Of a stretch of DNA of 64,000 bases, positions 28,161 through 40,832 are shown piece by piece. Source of the DNA: Sedimenticolaceae bacterium. GTDB taxonomy: Bacteria; Pseudomonadota; Gammaproteobacteria; Chromatiales; Chromatiaceae. Below the pieces are notes generated by a model. That model did no database searches. It had not been told where the DNA came from and saw nothing but the letters and a program-made list of their open reading frames with translations. Position numbers and translations under genes: made by a program. The stretch covers positions 84,307 through 148,306 of the forward strand of contig JBNKJS010000004.1 of assembly GCA_050291365.1 (NCBI GenBank). The letters are read 5' to 3'. Every line of letters begins with the position of its first letter. Position 1 is the stretch's first letter.

Positions 28161-30272
28161 ATGGATCAGTTTACACAGGTTAGATGGTGCTTTCTTTTAT
28201 TAGTTCTATTCTGCCAGATAGCCACCGCTAAAACCCCAATACACCATACCCTGGATGTCACTCTAGACCCTGAACAGGGTTATCTGGAAGCAAGGGATCA
28301 TCTAACCCTACCTGAACCAGTGAATGAGATCTCTTTCAGCCTGCATGCAAAACTTAAATTACGATTAGAAACTCCTGGCGCAAGGGTGGTCTCTGCCCAG
28401 AAGGTTGACTCATTCGTTCCAGTTAAACAGTACAAGATCAGATTTCCGAACGAGCAGAAAGAGCTAAAGATACAGTACTCAGGTAAGCTGCAACATAGAA
28501 AAACATATAGCCCCCATGATTACAGCAAAGAACAGGAGGCCGGTGCCGGAATTATATCTAAACAAGGTGTCTTTCTGAGCATATCCAGCTTCTGGTTTCC
28601 AGTGGTTGATAACAGCACGGTGGTGTTTACCCTCTCCACATCACTACCTGATGGATGGAGCAGTATCAGTCAGGGAACTAGTCTTAGTGATAACAAGTGG
28701 TATCAATCTAAACCTCAGGATGATATCTACCTAATCGCCGGAAAGTACCATATATACAGACGCCCCAGCGAGGTAGCTGAGGCCCAGGTCTATCTTCACC
28801 AACCGGATCAAACCTTAGCGCGGCGCTATCTGAAAGTAACTGAGGATTATCTACAGCTCTATAGCAAACTGTTGGGACCATATCCCTACACCAAATTCGC
28901 CTTGGTTGAAAACTTCTGGGAAAGTGGCTACGGCATGCCATCCTTTACTCTACTTGGCCCCAGAGTGATACGGCTCCCATTTATTCTACATAGCTCCTAT
29001 CCCCATGAGATTCTGCATAACTGGTGGGGCAATGGAGTATTTGTTGACTACAGCAAGGGCAACTGGAGTGAGGGAATAACATCTTACCTAGCTGACCACC
29101 TAATCAAAGAGCAACGCGGCCAGGGTTCTAACTATAGACGAGATACCCTGCAACGTTATGCAGACTATGTCGCTGAGAATGGTGAATACACCCTCAGAGA
29201 TTTTCGCGGCTATCACGGACATGCAAGCCAGGCCATAGGCTATGGCAAGACCATGATGTTTTTACATATGCTAAGACTATACTTGGGAGACAAGATATTC
29301 CTGGATGGTCTGCGGTTATTTTATAAAGATAATCTACACAAATTGTCCTCCTATAAGGATATGCAAACGGCTTTAGAAAAAGTATCAAAAAAGGATCTGT
29401 CTGCAGAGTTCAAACAATGGACTAACCGTACAGGCGCACCTGTACTTGAAATCACAAAAGTGTCATTCGAAAAGAAGGGCTGGTGGGACTACCGCATCAG
29501 CTTTACCCTGCGTCAAACCCAGAAGGATGAACCATACCTGCTCCATATCCCGGTTTATATACTGACTGAAGATGAATCGGAACCGGTTATTAAAACCATA
29601 ACCTTTTCCGGACGTGAAACAACTAGAACCATCAAACTGAGCGAACCTCCAGTAGCTGTTAGCGTTGACCCCCTGTTTGACCTATTCCGTCAACTTGACC
29701 CAAGTGAAATACCGAGCTCTGTGGGACAACTATTTGCATCCGACAGCCCCATTATTATTCTGCCCTCGCAGGCGGATACAGAATCAAGAGAAGCTTATAG
29801 CCGCCTGGCAAATAGTTGGAGACAAGATTCGCGCAAGACCAAAATAGTCTGGGATAACAAAATACACGAGATACCCAAGGATAGGGCTGTATGGATCTTT
29901 GGCCAAAAAAACCTCCTAGCTGGAAAATTTTTGGTCAGCATGGATAACATGCCTGTTTCTCTAAATGGGCAGACCCTTGCAATCAATGACAGAAAACTTG
30001 ATATTGCTGAAAACAGTTTCGTGCTAACGCATCGTGGATCAACAACCAGGGGCTGGCTGCACTGCCACTCGCTCACTGCCTTCCCAGGACTCGCAAGAAA
30101 GATTCCGCACTACCGAAAATATAGTTATATTGCCTTTACCGGAGATAACCCAGACAATGTACTCAAGGGTCAATGGCCCATAGGCCACTCCAAGCTAGAT
30201 ATAAAACTGGATAAAACCGCACCAACCCAGAGTATTGAAGAGCATCAAGCTCTTAGTGATCTTATCCAGTAA
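28161..30272 (+). CDS. Secreted M1-like (gluzincin) zinc metallopeptidase
   Basis: Signal peptide. HEILH followed by WSEG (the HExxH...E gluzincin signature, with the Glu one residue closer than in the canonical X18 spacing). I could not find a canonical GxMEN exopeptidase motif. ATG 28161 is preferred over the track's TTG at 28155. Confidence 0.75.
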   Translation: MDQFTQVRWCFLLLVLFCQIATAKTPIHHTLDVTLDPEQGYLEARDHLTLPEPVNEISFSLHAKLKLRLETPGARVVSAQKVDSFVPVKQYKIRFPNEQKELKIQYSGKLQHRKTYSPHDYSKEQEAGAGIISKQGVFLSISSFWFPVVDNSTVVFTLSTSLPDGWSSISQGTSLSDNKWYQSKPQDDIYLIAGKYHIYRRPSEVAEAQVYLHQPDQTLARRYLKVTEDYLQLYSKLLGPYPYTKFALVENFWESGYGMPSFTLLGPRVIRLPFILHSSYPHEILHNWWGNGVFVDYSKGNWSEGITSYLADHLIKEQRGQGSNYRRDTLQRYADYVAENGEYTLRDFRGYHGHASQAIGYGKTMMFLHMLRLYLGDKIFLDGLRLFYKDNLHKLSSYKDMQTALEKVSKKDLSAEFKQWTNRTGAPVLEITKVSFEKKGWWDYRISFTLRQTQKDEPYLLHIPVYILTEDESEPVIKTITFSGRETTRTIKLSEPPVAVSVDPLFDLFRQLDPSEIPSSVGQLFASDSPIIILPSQADTESREAYSRLANSWRQDSRKTKIVWDNKIHEIPKDRAVWIFGQKNLLAGKFLVSMDNMPVSLNGQTLAINDRKLDIAENSFVLTHRGSTTRGWLHCHSLTAFPGLARKIPHYRKYSYIAFTGDNPDNVLKGQWPIGHSKLDIKLDKTAPTQSIEEHQALSDLIQ

Positions 30273-30989
30273 TTATTCAAAATCAGGATTTTTCCATTCT
30301 GCAGATGGCGCCAGATACTCCTTGGATACTGGAATGCGCGATACATAGTTAATTACTTGCGCAATCTCCTCTTTAGAAAAGCCCTTAATCACCTTCACCA
30401 TATCAGGGTTTACATTACGGCGTTTACCGTTAAGGATCCACTCTATCTGACGTACCATGTAGCTATAGTGTTGTCCCTGAATCCTCGGAAATAATTTCTC
30501 TTCATCACCCTGACCGTTTTCACCGTGACATTTAACACAGTTGGCTTTAAATAACTTTTTGCCATTCTCATACTCAGGGGTACCTTCATCCCATTCCCCT
30601 TTTCCGTTTTCTGGATTCATCTTCAACTGTTCAATGTAAGCAGCAACATCTGCCACCGCCTGTTCATCACCAATGGATTCAGGCAGGGAAAAAGGATACA
30701 TGGTTGGGTTATCACGATTTTGGGCGCGGATATCAGCTAACTGCTTAATCAAAACGGATCGATGTTGCCCCGCTAGCTGAGGGAATGTTCCCTCTTCTAC
30801 TCCCCATCCCTCAGGCATATGACATGCTGAACAGACCACATAGACATCAAAACCATTTTCCAGATCAGGCGTTAAGGACAGGGTCCGATCTAAGTCGCTA
30901 GCGATTAGACTGTTACTAAAAAGGCTTGCACAGCTAATAGCTAATCCCATAGCTGCTGTCATGGTATTAACTACACTGAATTTCGCCAT
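30273..30989 (-). CDS. Diheme cytochrome c (c4-type)
   Basis: 238 aa. Signal peptide, and two CxxCH sites (CSACH, CVKCH), each followed by a P.LAGQH / P.IQGQH segment as in cytochrome c4. Confidence 0.8.
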   Translation of the reverse strand: MAKFSVVNTMTAAMGLAISCASLFSNSLIASDLDRTLSLTPDLENGFDVYVVCSACHMPEGWGVEEGTFPQLAGQHRSVLIKQLADIRAQNRDNPTMYPFSLPESIGDEQAVADVAAYIEQLKMNPENGKGEWDEGTPEYENGKKLFKANCVKCHGENGQGDEEKLFPRIQGQHYSYMVRQIEWILNGKRRNVNPDMVKVIKGFSKEEIAQVINYVSRIPVSKEYLAPSAEWKNPDFE

Positions 30990-31165
30990 TATTTATAGTC
31001 TCCTAAAGCACGCTAGTAAGAAGAGTAGTTTGTTATTCTAAGCTTTTCAAATAGTAACAAAACAGAGATACACCTCGACCCGATATCTAACAATAGTGAA
31101 ATTATTACAAAGGAGTAATTTAGACACAAAGCAAAAGCCATCATCTGGTGATAGCTTCACATCTA

Positions 31166-32038
31166 TTAGCCATATTTACCCTTAAGCCAGGAACTGAACT
31201 CTTCACCAAGATGATGGTGGTTGATGGCGTAATCGACCGTAGCCTGAAGGTAACCTAACTTGCTTCCACAGTCATATCTCTTTCCCTCAAACTCATAGGC
31301 CATTACATCTTCATCATCTATCAGACGGGCGATTGCATCTGTCAGTTGAATTTCTCCGCCCGCGCCACGCCCAATCTGTTTAAGATGTGTAAAAATCCTA
31401 GGTGTCAGGATATAACGCCCAACCACTGCCCGATTCGATGGCGCGTCAGAGGGATCAGGTTTCTCCACAATTCCTTTCATCTTAACTATCTTGCCATCTC
31501 CCTCAGGATCAACCACACCGTAGCTATTTGTCTCTTCTGGCGGGACCAGCTCAGTGCCGATGATGCTTCTCTCATGGGTTGCATAGATATCCACCATCTG
31601 TTTAAGGACACCTCGCTCCCGGTCATCAATCAGATCATCGGCCAAAACTACGGCGAACGGCTCATCTCCTACAACCGGATGGGCGCAAAGGACAGCATGG
31701 CCAAGTCCAAGTGGCATAGCCTGACGAATAAAAATGCAACTAACATGGGATGGAGTGATATTGCGAACCATCTCCAGCATCTTCTCCTTGCCACGTTGCT
31801 CTAACTCCATCTCAAGCTCATAGGCTGTATCGAAGTGGTTTGATATAGAGGTCTTATTTCTGCCAGTTACGAATACCATATCATCAATACCGGCAGCTAC
31901 CGCCTCCTCTACCGCGTATTGAATAAGGGGTTTATCTACAATGGGCAACATCTCTTTTGGGCTTGCCTTGGTAGCTGGAAGAAATCTTGTGCCCAAACCG
32001 GCTACGGGAAAGACAGCCTTACGTACCCTACTGCTCAT
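31166..32038 (-). CDS. galU: UTP--glucose-1-phosphate uridylyltransferase
   Basis: 290 aa. [34 protein letters not shown] is the GalU signature. Confidence 0.93.
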   Translation of the reverse strand: MSSRVRKAVFPVAGLGTRFLPATKASPKEMLPIVDKPLIQYAVEEAVAAGIDDMVFVTGRNKTSISNHFDTAYELEMELEQRGKEKMLEMVRNITPSHVSCIFIRQAMPLGLGHAVLCAHPVVGDEPFAVVLADDLIDDRERGVLKQMVDIYATHERSIIGTELVPPEETNSYGVVDPEGDGKIVKMKGIVEKPDPSDAPSNRAVVGRYILTPRIFTHLKQIGRGAGGEIQLTDAIARLIDDEDVMAYEFEGKRYDCGSKLGYLQATVDYAINHHHLGEEFSSWLKGKYG

Positions 32039-32101
32039 ATTAAAAAGCTCCTGATTTATTTTCCATACCTAACTTTACCAAATTACCATCTGGTGATGCT
32101 T

Positions 32102-33592
32102 TCATAGCGCCAGACGACCATACATGGAAATCCTATGACGCAGTTTTGAAGACAGCTCTGGTTCCACCTGACTCCAATCGAAACGCCATCCCCAGTTGCC
32201 TTCCATAGTCCCCGGAGTATTCATACGATGCTCTCCTCCCAACTCCAATAGATCCTGCATCTGGATAATAGCCAAATCAGAGGATGAAGAGAGCACGTTC
32301 CATATCATCGGCCACGGCATATCTAGACTTGAGTTCCCCAGAAACTCATCTACATAACTCCTTGTGCGGTCATCCAGACTTTCATACCAACCAATAGTCG
32401 TATCGTTATCGTGGGTCCCTGCATAGACTACAGAGTTACATGAATATTTGAATGGCAAATGTGGATTTTCAGGGTCTCCAGAGAAAGCAAACTGCAACAC
32501 CTTCATTCCTGGGAGAGCAAACTTATCCCGCAGCGCCTCAACCTCAGGTGTAATAATGCCCAGATCTTCTGCAACCAATGGCAACCCTTGGTACTCTTCA
32601 TTTAGTCGTTCAAACAGATCTGCTCCTGGAGCAGATATCCAACGACCATGCATGGCGGTATCATCATCAGCCGCTATTTCCCAATATGATTCAAACCCAC
32701 GGAAGTGATCTATACGTATCAGATCATACAGAGCAAGCTGGGTCTTAAGACGCTGTATCCAAAAAGAGAACCCATTTTTCTGCAATTGATCCCAATCGTA
32801 GAGCGGATTACCCCAGCGCTGTCCTGTCTCTGAAAAGTAATCAGGTGGTACTCCAGCCACCACCCTAGGCATACCCTCTTCGTCTAACAGGAAATCCTGC
32901 TGGTTGGCCCAGACTTCTGCGCTATCATGGGCCACAAAGATTGGCATATCGCCAAACAGTTCTACTCCACGCTGATTGGCGTAACTCTTCATATCCTTCC
33001 ACTGCTGAAAGAATATGAACTGCTCAAAATGAATGTACTCGATCTCCTCTCCGAGTCTGGCACGAATCTCTGCCAGTGCCTGTTCATCACGATCCCTTAG
33101 GGCATCTGGCCAAACCCACCAAACACTACAATCCTGATCCTTACGTATGGCGCGAAACAAGGCATAGTCGTTCAACCAGTAACCATGCTCCTGGACAAAC
33201 TCATCCAATAGCACCTTTTGCTGTTCATCTTCTTGCTGCTTGAAACTAACCCAGGCACTACGCAACGCCAAGAGCCTATCCTCTTCAGATAGTGAATTCT
33301 TGTCTATTTTCGATGCATCCAGCCACCCCCTCTGAACCAAATAGTCCAGATTGATCAACAACGGATTTCCGGCATGCACCGAGCTTGTGGAGTACGGGGA
33401 ATTGTCTGATCTTGTGGGGCCTACGGGAAGAATCTGCCAATAACTGAAACCCGAGTCTACAAGGAAGTCTACGAAGTGCCTCGCTTCATCCCCTAAGTCG
33501 CCGTTGTTGCCAGGACCAGGAAGTGAGGTTATATGCAGCAGAACCCCCGCTCTGCGCTTCTTTAAGCAACTCTTATATTCCGGTTGACTCAT
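32102..33592 (-). CDS. malQ: 4-alpha-glucanotransferase (amylomaltase, GH77)
   Basis: 496 aa. RAGVLLHITSLPG N-terminus, and DHFRGF and GDMPIFV motifs. Confidence 0.92.
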   Translation of the reverse strand: MSQPEYKSCLKKRRAGVLLHITSLPGPGNNGDLGDEARHFVDFLVDSGFSYWQILPVGPTRSDNSPYSTSSVHAGNPLLINLDYLVQRGWLDASKIDKNSLSEEDRLLALRSAWVSFKQQEDEQQKVLLDEFVQEHGYWLNDYALFRAIRKDQDCSVWWVWPDALRDRDEQALAEIRARLGEEIEYIHFEQFIFFQQWKDMKSYANQRGVELFGDMPIFVAHDSAEVWANQQDFLLDEEGMPRVVAGVPPDYFSETGQRWGNPLYDWDQLQKNGFSFWIQRLKTQLALYDLIRIDHFRGFESYWEIAADDDTAMHGRWISAPGADLFERLNEEYQGLPLVAEDLGIITPEVEALRDKFALPGMKVLQFAFSGDPENPHLPFKYSCNSVVYAGTHDNDTTIGWYESLDDRTRSYVDEFLGNSSLDMPWPMIWNVLSSSSDLAIIQMQDLLELGGEHRMNTPGTMEGNWGWRFDWSQVEPELSSKLRHRISMYGRLAL

Positions 33593-33666
33593 CCAGGCCT
33601 TTTCTCAACAGTTTGTCCAACTAAATCATAAAGTAGTGGACTTGAATTATTACCATTTAATTTCAA

Positions 33667-35367
33667 CTAATTACTACGCATTACCCCACCCAGGGCTGGA
33701 TCCCCTCCGCCAAAGGTAAATACATGGGAAAGATACTCAGGAGGATCTACACCAAGAATTTGATACAGATACCTTAACTGACTACGAAACAGACGCTCAA
33801 AATCAGAGACCGTTTCGCCTGGATTGTAATCACCAAACCACCAGAACCAGTCTGATCCTTCACAGGTTGCCATCTGTAACTCTGCCTGTTCAACCGCAGT
33901 CGCGCTCAACCCACCTTCAGCCATCACCCTATCGAAGGTCTTTTTGGCCTCGATCAGCATATCCCAGGCGCGATTTTTATCCTTCTCACCTATCCATGTA
34001 GAGAATGTCCCATACACCCAACTTCCAGCCACCAAGGTCTTCAACTTATATGTTGGCAGATCTTGTTCAACAATATCGGAAAATGTTGTCAACTCCAGGC
34101 CAGGATGCTCAGACAATCGCTTATAGAGACTATCCAGGAAGTAACCGCCATTTCTGGGGTAGTGCTCCCAGGCATTCTCTCCATCCATGATTATTGAAAC
34201 CACAATATCAGAAGGATCTTCAGAATGTTGTGCGATAGATTCCAGATTAACAATAAGGTTGCTTACTGCATCTTCCGCATGCCAATCGGCATAGGTAAAG
34301 CCGATCAGATCAGATAGATTGTCATTGCGGAAAAAACTGCTGATCTTTCCCTCTTTTACCTGGTAGGGTCTGTGCGCCCACTGCTCTGGCCAGGGCTCGC
34401 CGGCACAGCTCCGGTCCAGACTGTTATGTAAAACCTGTTGGCCGCTGGCAACCCAGCTAAAACCCTCTTCTTCCAGTATGCGCAGGCTATCTTCACAAAC
34501 TGACCCTTCAGCTGGCCAGCAACCTTTGGGTTTAAGTCCAAAATATCTCTCAAACGATTCTATTCCCCGACGGATATGCCATCTGGAACGCTCTTCACCA
34601 CCTGGATATATTGTACTCTGCGGCAACTTGGTATCTGGAAGCGCCTCCCGCGCCGAATCTATATCTAGCAACAGCGGGATAATCGGATGGGCATAAGGGG
34701 TAACCGATAACTCTATCCGGCCGTCTTGCGCCAATTTCTTGTAGCGCTCAACCACAGTTGCGAGCAAATCTCCAATACTCTCCACTAGCCTATATCTATC
34801 TTCAGCAGTGTAACCCTTACGCTTTTTCTCTAAGGATTTTATCCTCAGGTCGTTGATCCTGGGATACTCGCCCATCCAAGCCAGGTGATACCATACCAAG
34901 AGATCTACAATGAATTGATCGTTCAGATATTCTGCCGACTCGCTATGCTCTTGCACCAAACCAACAAAATCGGTCAGACGACGAAAGGTACGAAAACGGC
35001 CGCGCATGTGCTTTTCATTGGCCCGCAAGCAAGCCTTCATCAGCTCACAGCGGGATTCGGTATCAAGCGGTAACCCTGGGCCTGCCAGAGCAGCCAATAA
35101 TGGGTCCTTGATCTGCCGTCCCCGAACCAGCCAGTCTTGAATCTGTTCTACGTAGTCACCTAACTGCTCAAGCAGTACCGGGGCAAAGTTGACCACGGCC
35201 CGCGCCTTTGGATTGTTTTCCAGATGGGACACCATATCCACATAATCTTTGATACCGTGCAGATAGACCCATGGTAGTTTGAAACTGCTGTGGTCAGGAC
35301 CTCTATAGTCCGGCTGGTGCATATGCCAGCAGAGAACCACCTTAAGGCGTTTTGTACTATCTGACAT
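33667..35367 (-). CDS. Glycoside hydrolase family 57 protein (alpha-glucan acting)
   Basis: 566 aa. GH57 motifs WHMHQPDY, and GENAWEHY containing the nucleophile Glu. The start overlaps the glgC stop by 11 nt. Confidence 0.85.
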   Translation of the reverse strand: MSDSTKRLKVVLCWHMHQPDYRGPDHSSFKLPWVYLHGIKDYVDMVSHLENNPKARAVVNFAPVLLEQLGDYVEQIQDWLVRGRQIKDPLLAALAGPGLPLDTESRCELMKACLRANEKHMRGRFRTFRRLTDFVGLVQEHSESAEYLNDQFIVDLLVWYHLAWMGEYPRINDLRIKSLEKKRKGYTAEDRYRLVESIGDLLATVVERYKKLAQDGRIELSVTPYAHPIIPLLLDIDSAREALPDTKLPQSTIYPGGEERSRWHIRRGIESFERYFGLKPKGCWPAEGSVCEDSLRILEEEGFSWVASGQQVLHNSLDRSCAGEPWPEQWAHRPYQVKEGKISSFFRNDNLSDLIGFTYADWHAEDAVSNLIVNLESIAQHSEDPSDIVVSIIMDGENAWEHYPRNGGYFLDSLYKRLSEHPGLELTTFSDIVEQDLPTYKLKTLVAGSWVYGTFSTWIGEKDKNRAWDMLIEAKKTFDRVMAEGGLSATAVEQAELQMATCEGSDWFWWFGDYNPGETVSDFERLFRSQLRYLYQILGVDPPEYLSHVFTFGGGDPALGGVMRSN

Positions 35368-36628
35368 AGTTGGTAACCTGCCCCATCATTTCTGGAGTTA
35401 CCAGGATCACACCATTGGGGGAGACGGTGAACCGCTGGGCATCGGCCGCCGGGTCCTCTCCGATAACAGTATTGTCAGGAATCCGGCAACGCTTATCGAT
35501 TACAGCATTCCTAATACGGCAGTTTCTCCCGATATCCACCTCAGGTAGTATCACAGAGTTTTCCACTGTGCAGTATGAATTTACCCTTACATTGGAAAAG
35601 AGCAGTGAGTTACGAACTAGTGAACCTGAAATGATACATCCTCCGGAAACCATGGAATCTACCGCCATGCCACGCCGGTCATCATCATCGAAGATGAATT
35701 TGGCCGGAGGCAGCTGTTCTTGGTAGGTCCAGATAGGCCAGGTTCGATCATACAAATTAAGCTCCGGCGTCACCCCGATCAGTTCCAGGTTAGTGGCCCA
35801 AAAGGCATCTATTGTACCTACATCGCGCCAATATCCCTGTCTGCCACTTTTTGGATCCCGAAAGGAATAGGCCATCACTCGATACTTGTCTATCACTGAA
35901 GGAATAATATCCTTGCCAAAATCATGGGTTGAGGATGGCATATCGGCGTCTTTAATCAACTGTTCGAACAGAAACGCCTTATTGAATACATAGATACCCA
36001 TGGAGGCCAGGGCGGTATCTTCGCGCCCTGGTATAGGCTTTGGATTTTTCGGCTTCTCCTCGAACTCTATCACCCTGGAGTCATCATCCACTCTCATAAC
36101 GCCAAAGGATTTAGCCGTATCCAGATCCACATCGATACAACCCACGGTGATATCTGCGCCAGTGGCAACATGATGGGCAATCATGGCACCGTAATCCATG
36201 CGGTAGATGTGGTCGCCCGCAAGAATAAGTACGTAATCAGGATTGTGGCTACGAAAGATATCAATGTTCTGATGCACAGCATCTGCCGTACCCGTATACC
36301 AGCTGTTTTCATTGATCCTCTGCTGAGCCGGTATCAGCTCAACATACTCTCCAAACTCCCCCCGTAAAAAACCCCATCCTCTCTGGATATGCAAAATCAG
36401 TGAGTGGGCCTTGTACTGGGTTAGGATGCCTATACGGCGAATACCGGAGTTTATACAGTTAGAGAGTGGGAAATCGATAATTCGAAACTTCCCCCCGAAT
36501 GGTACAGCAGGTTTTGTGCGCCACTTGGTTAAATCCTGTAAGCGCGAACCGCGACCACCTGCGAGAATCAGCGCCAAGGTGTTTTTTGTTATTTTACTAA
36601 CAAACCTTGGATCCTGCTCCATATTCAT
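35357..36628 (-). CDS. glgC: Glucose-1-phosphate adenylyltransferase
   Basis: 423 aa. [38 protein letters not shown] is the GlgC signature. Confidence 0.95.
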   Translation of the reverse strand: MNMEQDPRFVSKITKNTLALILAGGRGSRLQDLTKWRTKPAVPFGGKFRIIDFPLSNCINSGIRRIGILTQYKAHSLILHIQRGWGFLRGEFGEYVELIPAQQRINENSWYTGTADAVHQNIDIFRSHNPDYVLILAGDHIYRMDYGAMIAHHVATGADITVGCIDVDLDTAKSFGVMRVDDDSRVIEFEEKPKNPKPIPGREDTALASMGIYVFNKAFLFEQLIKDADMPSSTHDFGKDIIPSVIDKYRVMAYSFRDPKSGRQGYWRDVGTIDAFWATNLELIGVTPELNLYDRTWPIWTYQEQLPPAKFIFDDDDRRGMAVDSMVSGGCIISGSLVRNSLLFSNVRVNSYCTVENSVILPEVDIGRNCRIRNAVIDKRCRIPDNTVIGEDPAADAQRFTVSPNGVILVTPEMMGQVTNYVR

Positions 36629-36764
36629 TCTCAGCGCCCTCCCGCTACTTCATATTCATTAATCGACGATTTACATCCCTACTTAGCATATACTATCACG
36701 CACCCATATGGAGTAGATTTCGAATCTATTAATCATTCAAAGGATAATTCCCTCTCATCGACTG

Positions 36765-36792
36765 TTCACACTGTCTAAAATAACCCTATAAT
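36765..36792 (+). promoter_or_regulatory. Candidate sigma-70 promoter for glgB
   Basis: TTCACA-16 nt-TATAAT, about 88 nt upstream of the glgB ATG in the glgC/glgB divergent region. Confidence 0.4.
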
Positions 36793-36879
36793 CCGCTGAA
36801 AGAAAGCATTAAATTCAACACGAATGATCATAACTAGTCGATCAGGAAATATGAGCATAGCAGGTATAATAGAGACGTA

Positions 36880-39072
36880 ATGAAAAGCAAAAAGAAAATA
36901 GCATCAAAAGAACTCAAAACGCCCTTACAACAAATACTACAGGCGCGCCATCACGACCCTTTTGAGGTATTAGGGCGACATATTAAAGGCAAACAGGCTC
37001 TGGTCCGTGCATTTCTTCCCCATGCTGATAAGGTCGAGATTGTAGAGATAGCCCAGCCTATGGAGCGTATTCCAGGCTCTGATTTCTTTGAATGGAAAGG
37101 AGACCCAGATTCTCTGCCGGTACATTATCAAATCTCATGGATAGCCGATTCCGGGGAACTTATCTCACGCTATGACCCGTACTGCTTTGGGCCACAACTA
37201 GAACATTTCGACCTACACCTCTTCAGTGAGGGCAACCACTGGCACGCCTACCGCTTTCTCGGGGCCCACTCCCACACTGCAGATGGTCACGCTGGAATCC
37301 TATTTGCGGTATGGGCGCCAAACGCTGCGCGAGTAAGCGTTGTAGGCGACTTCAACCGCTGGGACGGCCGCATTAATCCTATGCGATCGAGGGGTGAGAC
37401 TGGTGTATGGGAGCTGTTCATCCCTGGCCTTGAGGCTGGCTGTAATTACAAATACGAGATCCTGAGCCAAAAGGGACAGGTACTCCTAAAGAGCGATCCT
37501 TACGGCAATCAATTCCAGTTCCGCCCAGATACAGCCTCTGTCGTGGCGCCAGAAAGTACCCACGAATGGAATGACGAAGATTGGCTCACTAGACGTAAAC
37601 AGGATAACTGGCAACATATCCCTATCTCCATCTATGAGATTCACCTGGGTTCTTGGAGACGGGGAGACAACAACAGTTTTATGAACTATCGGGAAATGGC
37701 TCATCGCCTAATCCCATATATTCTGCAAACTGGCTTTACCCATATCGAGCTGCTACCAATCACCGAACATCCATTCGACGCCTCCTGGGGCTACCAGACT
37801 ACCGGTTATTTCGCACCGACCAGCCGTTTCGGCACACCGGATGACTTCCGCTACTTTGTCGACCAGATGCACCAAAACGGCATAGGAGTGATCCTGGACT
37901 GGGTGCCGGCACACTTTCCCAAGGACCAGCACGGTCTGGGGCATTTCGACGGCTCAGCCCTGTACGAACACGAAGACCCACGCAAGGGTGAGCATAGGGA
38001 CTGGGGTACATATATCTTCAACTATGGACGCGCTGAGGTTAAAAACTTCCTGCTGGCCAGCGCCATCTATTGGCTGGAGGAGTTCCATCTGGATGGGCTT
38101 AGGGTGGATGCAGTAGCCTCAATGCTCTATCTCGACTACTCCAGGGAGGATGGAGATTGGCTGCCGAACGAATATGGTGGCCGGGAAAATCTGGAGGCAG
38201 TCAGGTTTCTGCAACAACTAAACACCGTTACCCATGATGAGTTCCCAGGAACAGTAATACTGGCGGAAGAGTCTACCTCCTGGCCCCAGGTCTCTGGTCC
38301 TACCTGGCTTGGAGGCCTTGGCTTTAGCATGAAATGGAACATGGGATGGATGCACGACACCCTGTCCTACATGGAGAAAGACCCTATCCACCGCCACTAT
38401 CACCACGACATGCTCACCTTTGGTATGCTCTACTGCTATACAGAGAACTTTATCCTCCCATTCTCCCACGATGAGGTGGTACACGGTAAAGGCTCCCTGT
38501 TGGATAAGATGCCGGGAGATGATTGGCAACGGTTCGCATCAGTACGTCTACTGTTCAGCTACATGTTTACCTATCCCGGCAAAAAACTGCTGTTCATGGG
38601 CAATGAGTTCGCCCATGGCCGTGAATGGGATGAAGAATCGGAACTGGATTGGTATCTGGTAGATCGACCACAACATCATGGCATTCAGACCCTTATCAGC
38701 GAACTAAACCGTCTGTACAAAGAAATACCTGCATTACACGCTCTGGACTTTGAAGGCAGCGGTTTCGAATGGGTTGACTGTCATGATGCCGCTCAGTCTG
38801 TTCTCAGTTATCTGCGCAAAGATCAAAATGGTGTATTTGTAGTGGTAATCCTGAACTACACCCCTGTACCCAGAGATAACTACCGTATTGGGGTACCTGT
38901 GGCCGGAAGATATCGGGAACTGTTCAATTCAGACTCTGAATATTACGGTGGTGGTAATCTTGGGAACCTGGCTGAGATCAGCACGGAACCAACCCCATGG
39001 ATGGGACATCCCCACTCCATGACTTTAACCTTGCCGCCTCTGGGGGCCTTGATTCTGCAACCTACAGAGTAG
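36880..39072 (+). CDS. glgB: 1,4-alpha-glucan branching enzyme (GH13)
   Basis: 730 aa. CBM48 plus a GH13 catalytic core ([31 protein letters not shown]). Confidence 0.95.
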   Translation: MKSKKKIASKELKTPLQQILQARHHDPFEVLGRHIKGKQALVRAFLPHADKVEIVEIAQPMERIPGSDFFEWKGDPDSLPVHYQISWIADSGELISRYDPYCFGPQLEHFDLHLFSEGNHWHAYRFLGAHSHTADGHAGILFAVWAPNAARVSVVGDFNRWDGRINPMRSRGETGVWELFIPGLEAGCNYKYEILSQKGQVLLKSDPYGNQFQFRPDTASVVAPESTHEWNDEDWLTRRKQDNWQHIPISIYEIHLGSWRRGDNNSFMNYREMAHRLIPYILQTGFTHIELLPITEHPFDASWGYQTTGYFAPTSRFGTPDDFRYFVDQMHQNGIGVILDWVPAHFPKDQHGLGHFDGSALYEHEDPRKGEHRDWGTYIFNYGRAEVKNFLLASAIYWLEEFHLDGLRVDAVASMLYLDYSREDGDWLPNEYGGRENLEAVRFLQQLNTVTHDEFPGTVILAEESTSWPQVSGPTWLGGLGFSMKWNMGWMHDTLSYMEKDPIHRHYHHDMLTFGMLYCYTENFILPFSHDEVVHGKGSLLDKMPGDDWQRFASVRLLFSYMFTYPGKKLLFMGNEFAHGREWDEESELDWYLVDRPQHHGIQTLISELNRLYKEIPALHALDFEGSGFEWVDCHDAAQSVLSYLRKDQNGVFVVVILNYTPVPRDNYRIGVPVAGRYRELFNSDSEYYGGGNLGNLAEISTEPTPWMGHPHSMTLTLPPLGALILQPTE

Positions 39073-39084
39073 CTTTACTGAGGT

Positions 39085-40749
39085 CTAACACCGCATCTTG
39101 TTGCAATAGTCGATAAGGGATGCAGTTGAGCTATCGTGCTCTGCAGTGGAAGGCTCGCCTTGCAGCTCCGGAAGGATGACCCCCGCAAGCTGCTTGCCCA
39201 GCTCCACCCCCCACTGATCAAAGGAGTTTAGATTCCAGATCACCCCCTGAACAAAGATCTTATGTTCATACAGCGCAATCAGCGAACCCAGACGCTGTGG
39301 AGTCAACTTGTCGATCAAAATAGTATTGGTAGGGCTATTACCAGGAAACTGCTTATGGGGCAGTAGCTCCTCTACTCGCTCCTGGCTTAGACCAGATAAC
39401 TCAAGCTCCGCCCTCGCCTCCTGCTCGTTCTTGCCTTTCATCAAGGCCTCGGTCTGGGCCAGACAGTTCGCCAACAGCTTTTCATGTTGATCGCCCAGTT
39501 CATTATGACTCTGTACCGGGGCTATGAAATCTGCAGGTATCATCTGGGTACCTTGATGTATCAACTGATAAAATGCATGTTGACCATCTGTACCCGCCAT
39601 ACCCCAGAGTACCGGACCAGTAGTGTAATCCACCAGTTGACCCTCCCGGGTCACCCGCTTGCCATTGCTCTCCATATCCGCCTGCTGCAGATAGTCCGGG
39701 AGCAGACGCAGGTACTGATCGTAGGGAAGTACTGCATGGGTAGCTGCCCCGGCGAAGTTACCATACCAAACCCCAAGCAAGGCCAGGATAACAGGCATGT
39801 TCCGCTCCAGCTCAGCGGTGCGAAAGTGCTCATCCATAGCATGGGCACCATCTAGCAGCTGATAAAATCTATCCATGCCAACTGCCACGGCAATAGGCAA
39901 CCCAATGGCGGACCAGAGGGAGTAACGGCCACCGACCCAGTCCCAGAACACAAACATGTTGGCTGTATCTATACCGAATGCGGACACTGCCTCTGCGTTG
40001 GTGGAAACTGCGACAAAATGGCGGGCGATAGCCTTTTCGTCTCTCACTCCATCCAAACACCATTTGCGTGCAGCATGGGCATTGGTAAGGGTCTCCTGGG
40101 TGGTGAAGGTCTTAGAGGCCACAATAAACAGGGTGGTCTCAGGATTGAGAGGTTTCAAGGTCTCAACCAGATGGGTGGCATCTACGTTGGAAACAAAATG
40201 GACCCTCAGATCTGGAGACTGGTACTTGCCCAGGGCCTCACAGACCATCAACGGGCCTAGATTAGAGCCACCGATCCCAATATTTACCACATCAGTGATA
40301 CGCTGGCCCGTGTATCCCTTCCATTCTCCAGCGCGAATCTGGTTCGAGAAACTCTCCATCTGCTCCAGGACGGAGTTCACCTCAGGCATTACATCCTTGC
40401 CGTTGGCCATAATCGGGCTGTTGGAGCGATTGCGCAAGGCCGTATGCAGTACCGAGCGCCCTTCGGTGCTGTTAATGGCCTCACCGGTAAACATACGTTC
40501 AGCCCAACCTGGAACATCCACCGCCTTGGCCAGTTGCAGCAACAGATCCCTGGTGGTGCCTGTTAGACGGTTTTTAGAGTAATCCAGCAATATTCCACAA
40601 TCAGCGACTGAAAACCGTTTAAACCGTCCCGGATCCAGGGCAAACAGCTCCCGCATGTGAATCTGCTGGATATCTCCCCAGTGCTGTTCCAGGGCCTTCC
40701 ACTCTGTTAAACCGGTAACTGATTTCATATCTGGTAATTTGCTATTCAC
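39085..40749 (-). CDS. pgi: Glucose-6-phosphate isomerase
   Basis: 554 aa, full-length PGI similarity ([10 protein letters not shown], ...). The track start is a GTG. An ATG at 40728 ([10 protein letters not shown]...) is an equally plausible start. Confidence 0.93.
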   Translation of the reverse strand: MNSKLPDMKSVTGLTEWKALEQHWGDIQQIHMRELFALDPGRFKRFSVADCGILLDYSKNRLTGTTRDLLLQLAKAVDVPGWAERMFTGEAINSTEGRSVLHTALRNRSNSPIMANGKDVMPEVNSVLEQMESFSNQIRAGEWKGYTGQRITDVVNIGIGGSNLGPLMVCEALGKYQSPDLRVHFVSNVDATHLVETLKPLNPETTLFIVASKTFTTQETLTNAHAARKWCLDGVRDEKAIARHFVAVSTNAEAVSAFGIDTANMFVFWDWVGGRYSLWSAIGLPIAVAVGMDRFYQLLDGAHAMDEHFRTAELERNMPVILALLGVWYGNFAGAATHAVLPYDQYLRLLPDYLQQADMESNGKRVTREGQLVDYTTGPVLWGMAGTDGQHAFYQLIHQGTQMIPADFIAPVQSHNELGDQHEKLLANCLAQTEALMKGKNEQEARAELELSGLSQERVEELLPHKQFPGNSPTNTILIDKLTPQRLGSLIALYEHKIFVQGVIWNLNSFDQWGVELGKQLAGVILPELQGEPSTAEHDSSTASLIDYCNKMRC

Positions 40750-40832
40750 AGGTTTGAATTATTTTTTGCACTTTATTCAATTCACGCGTTAAAGTATATC
40801 CATTGCGCATAATAAACCACTACTACAGCAAG

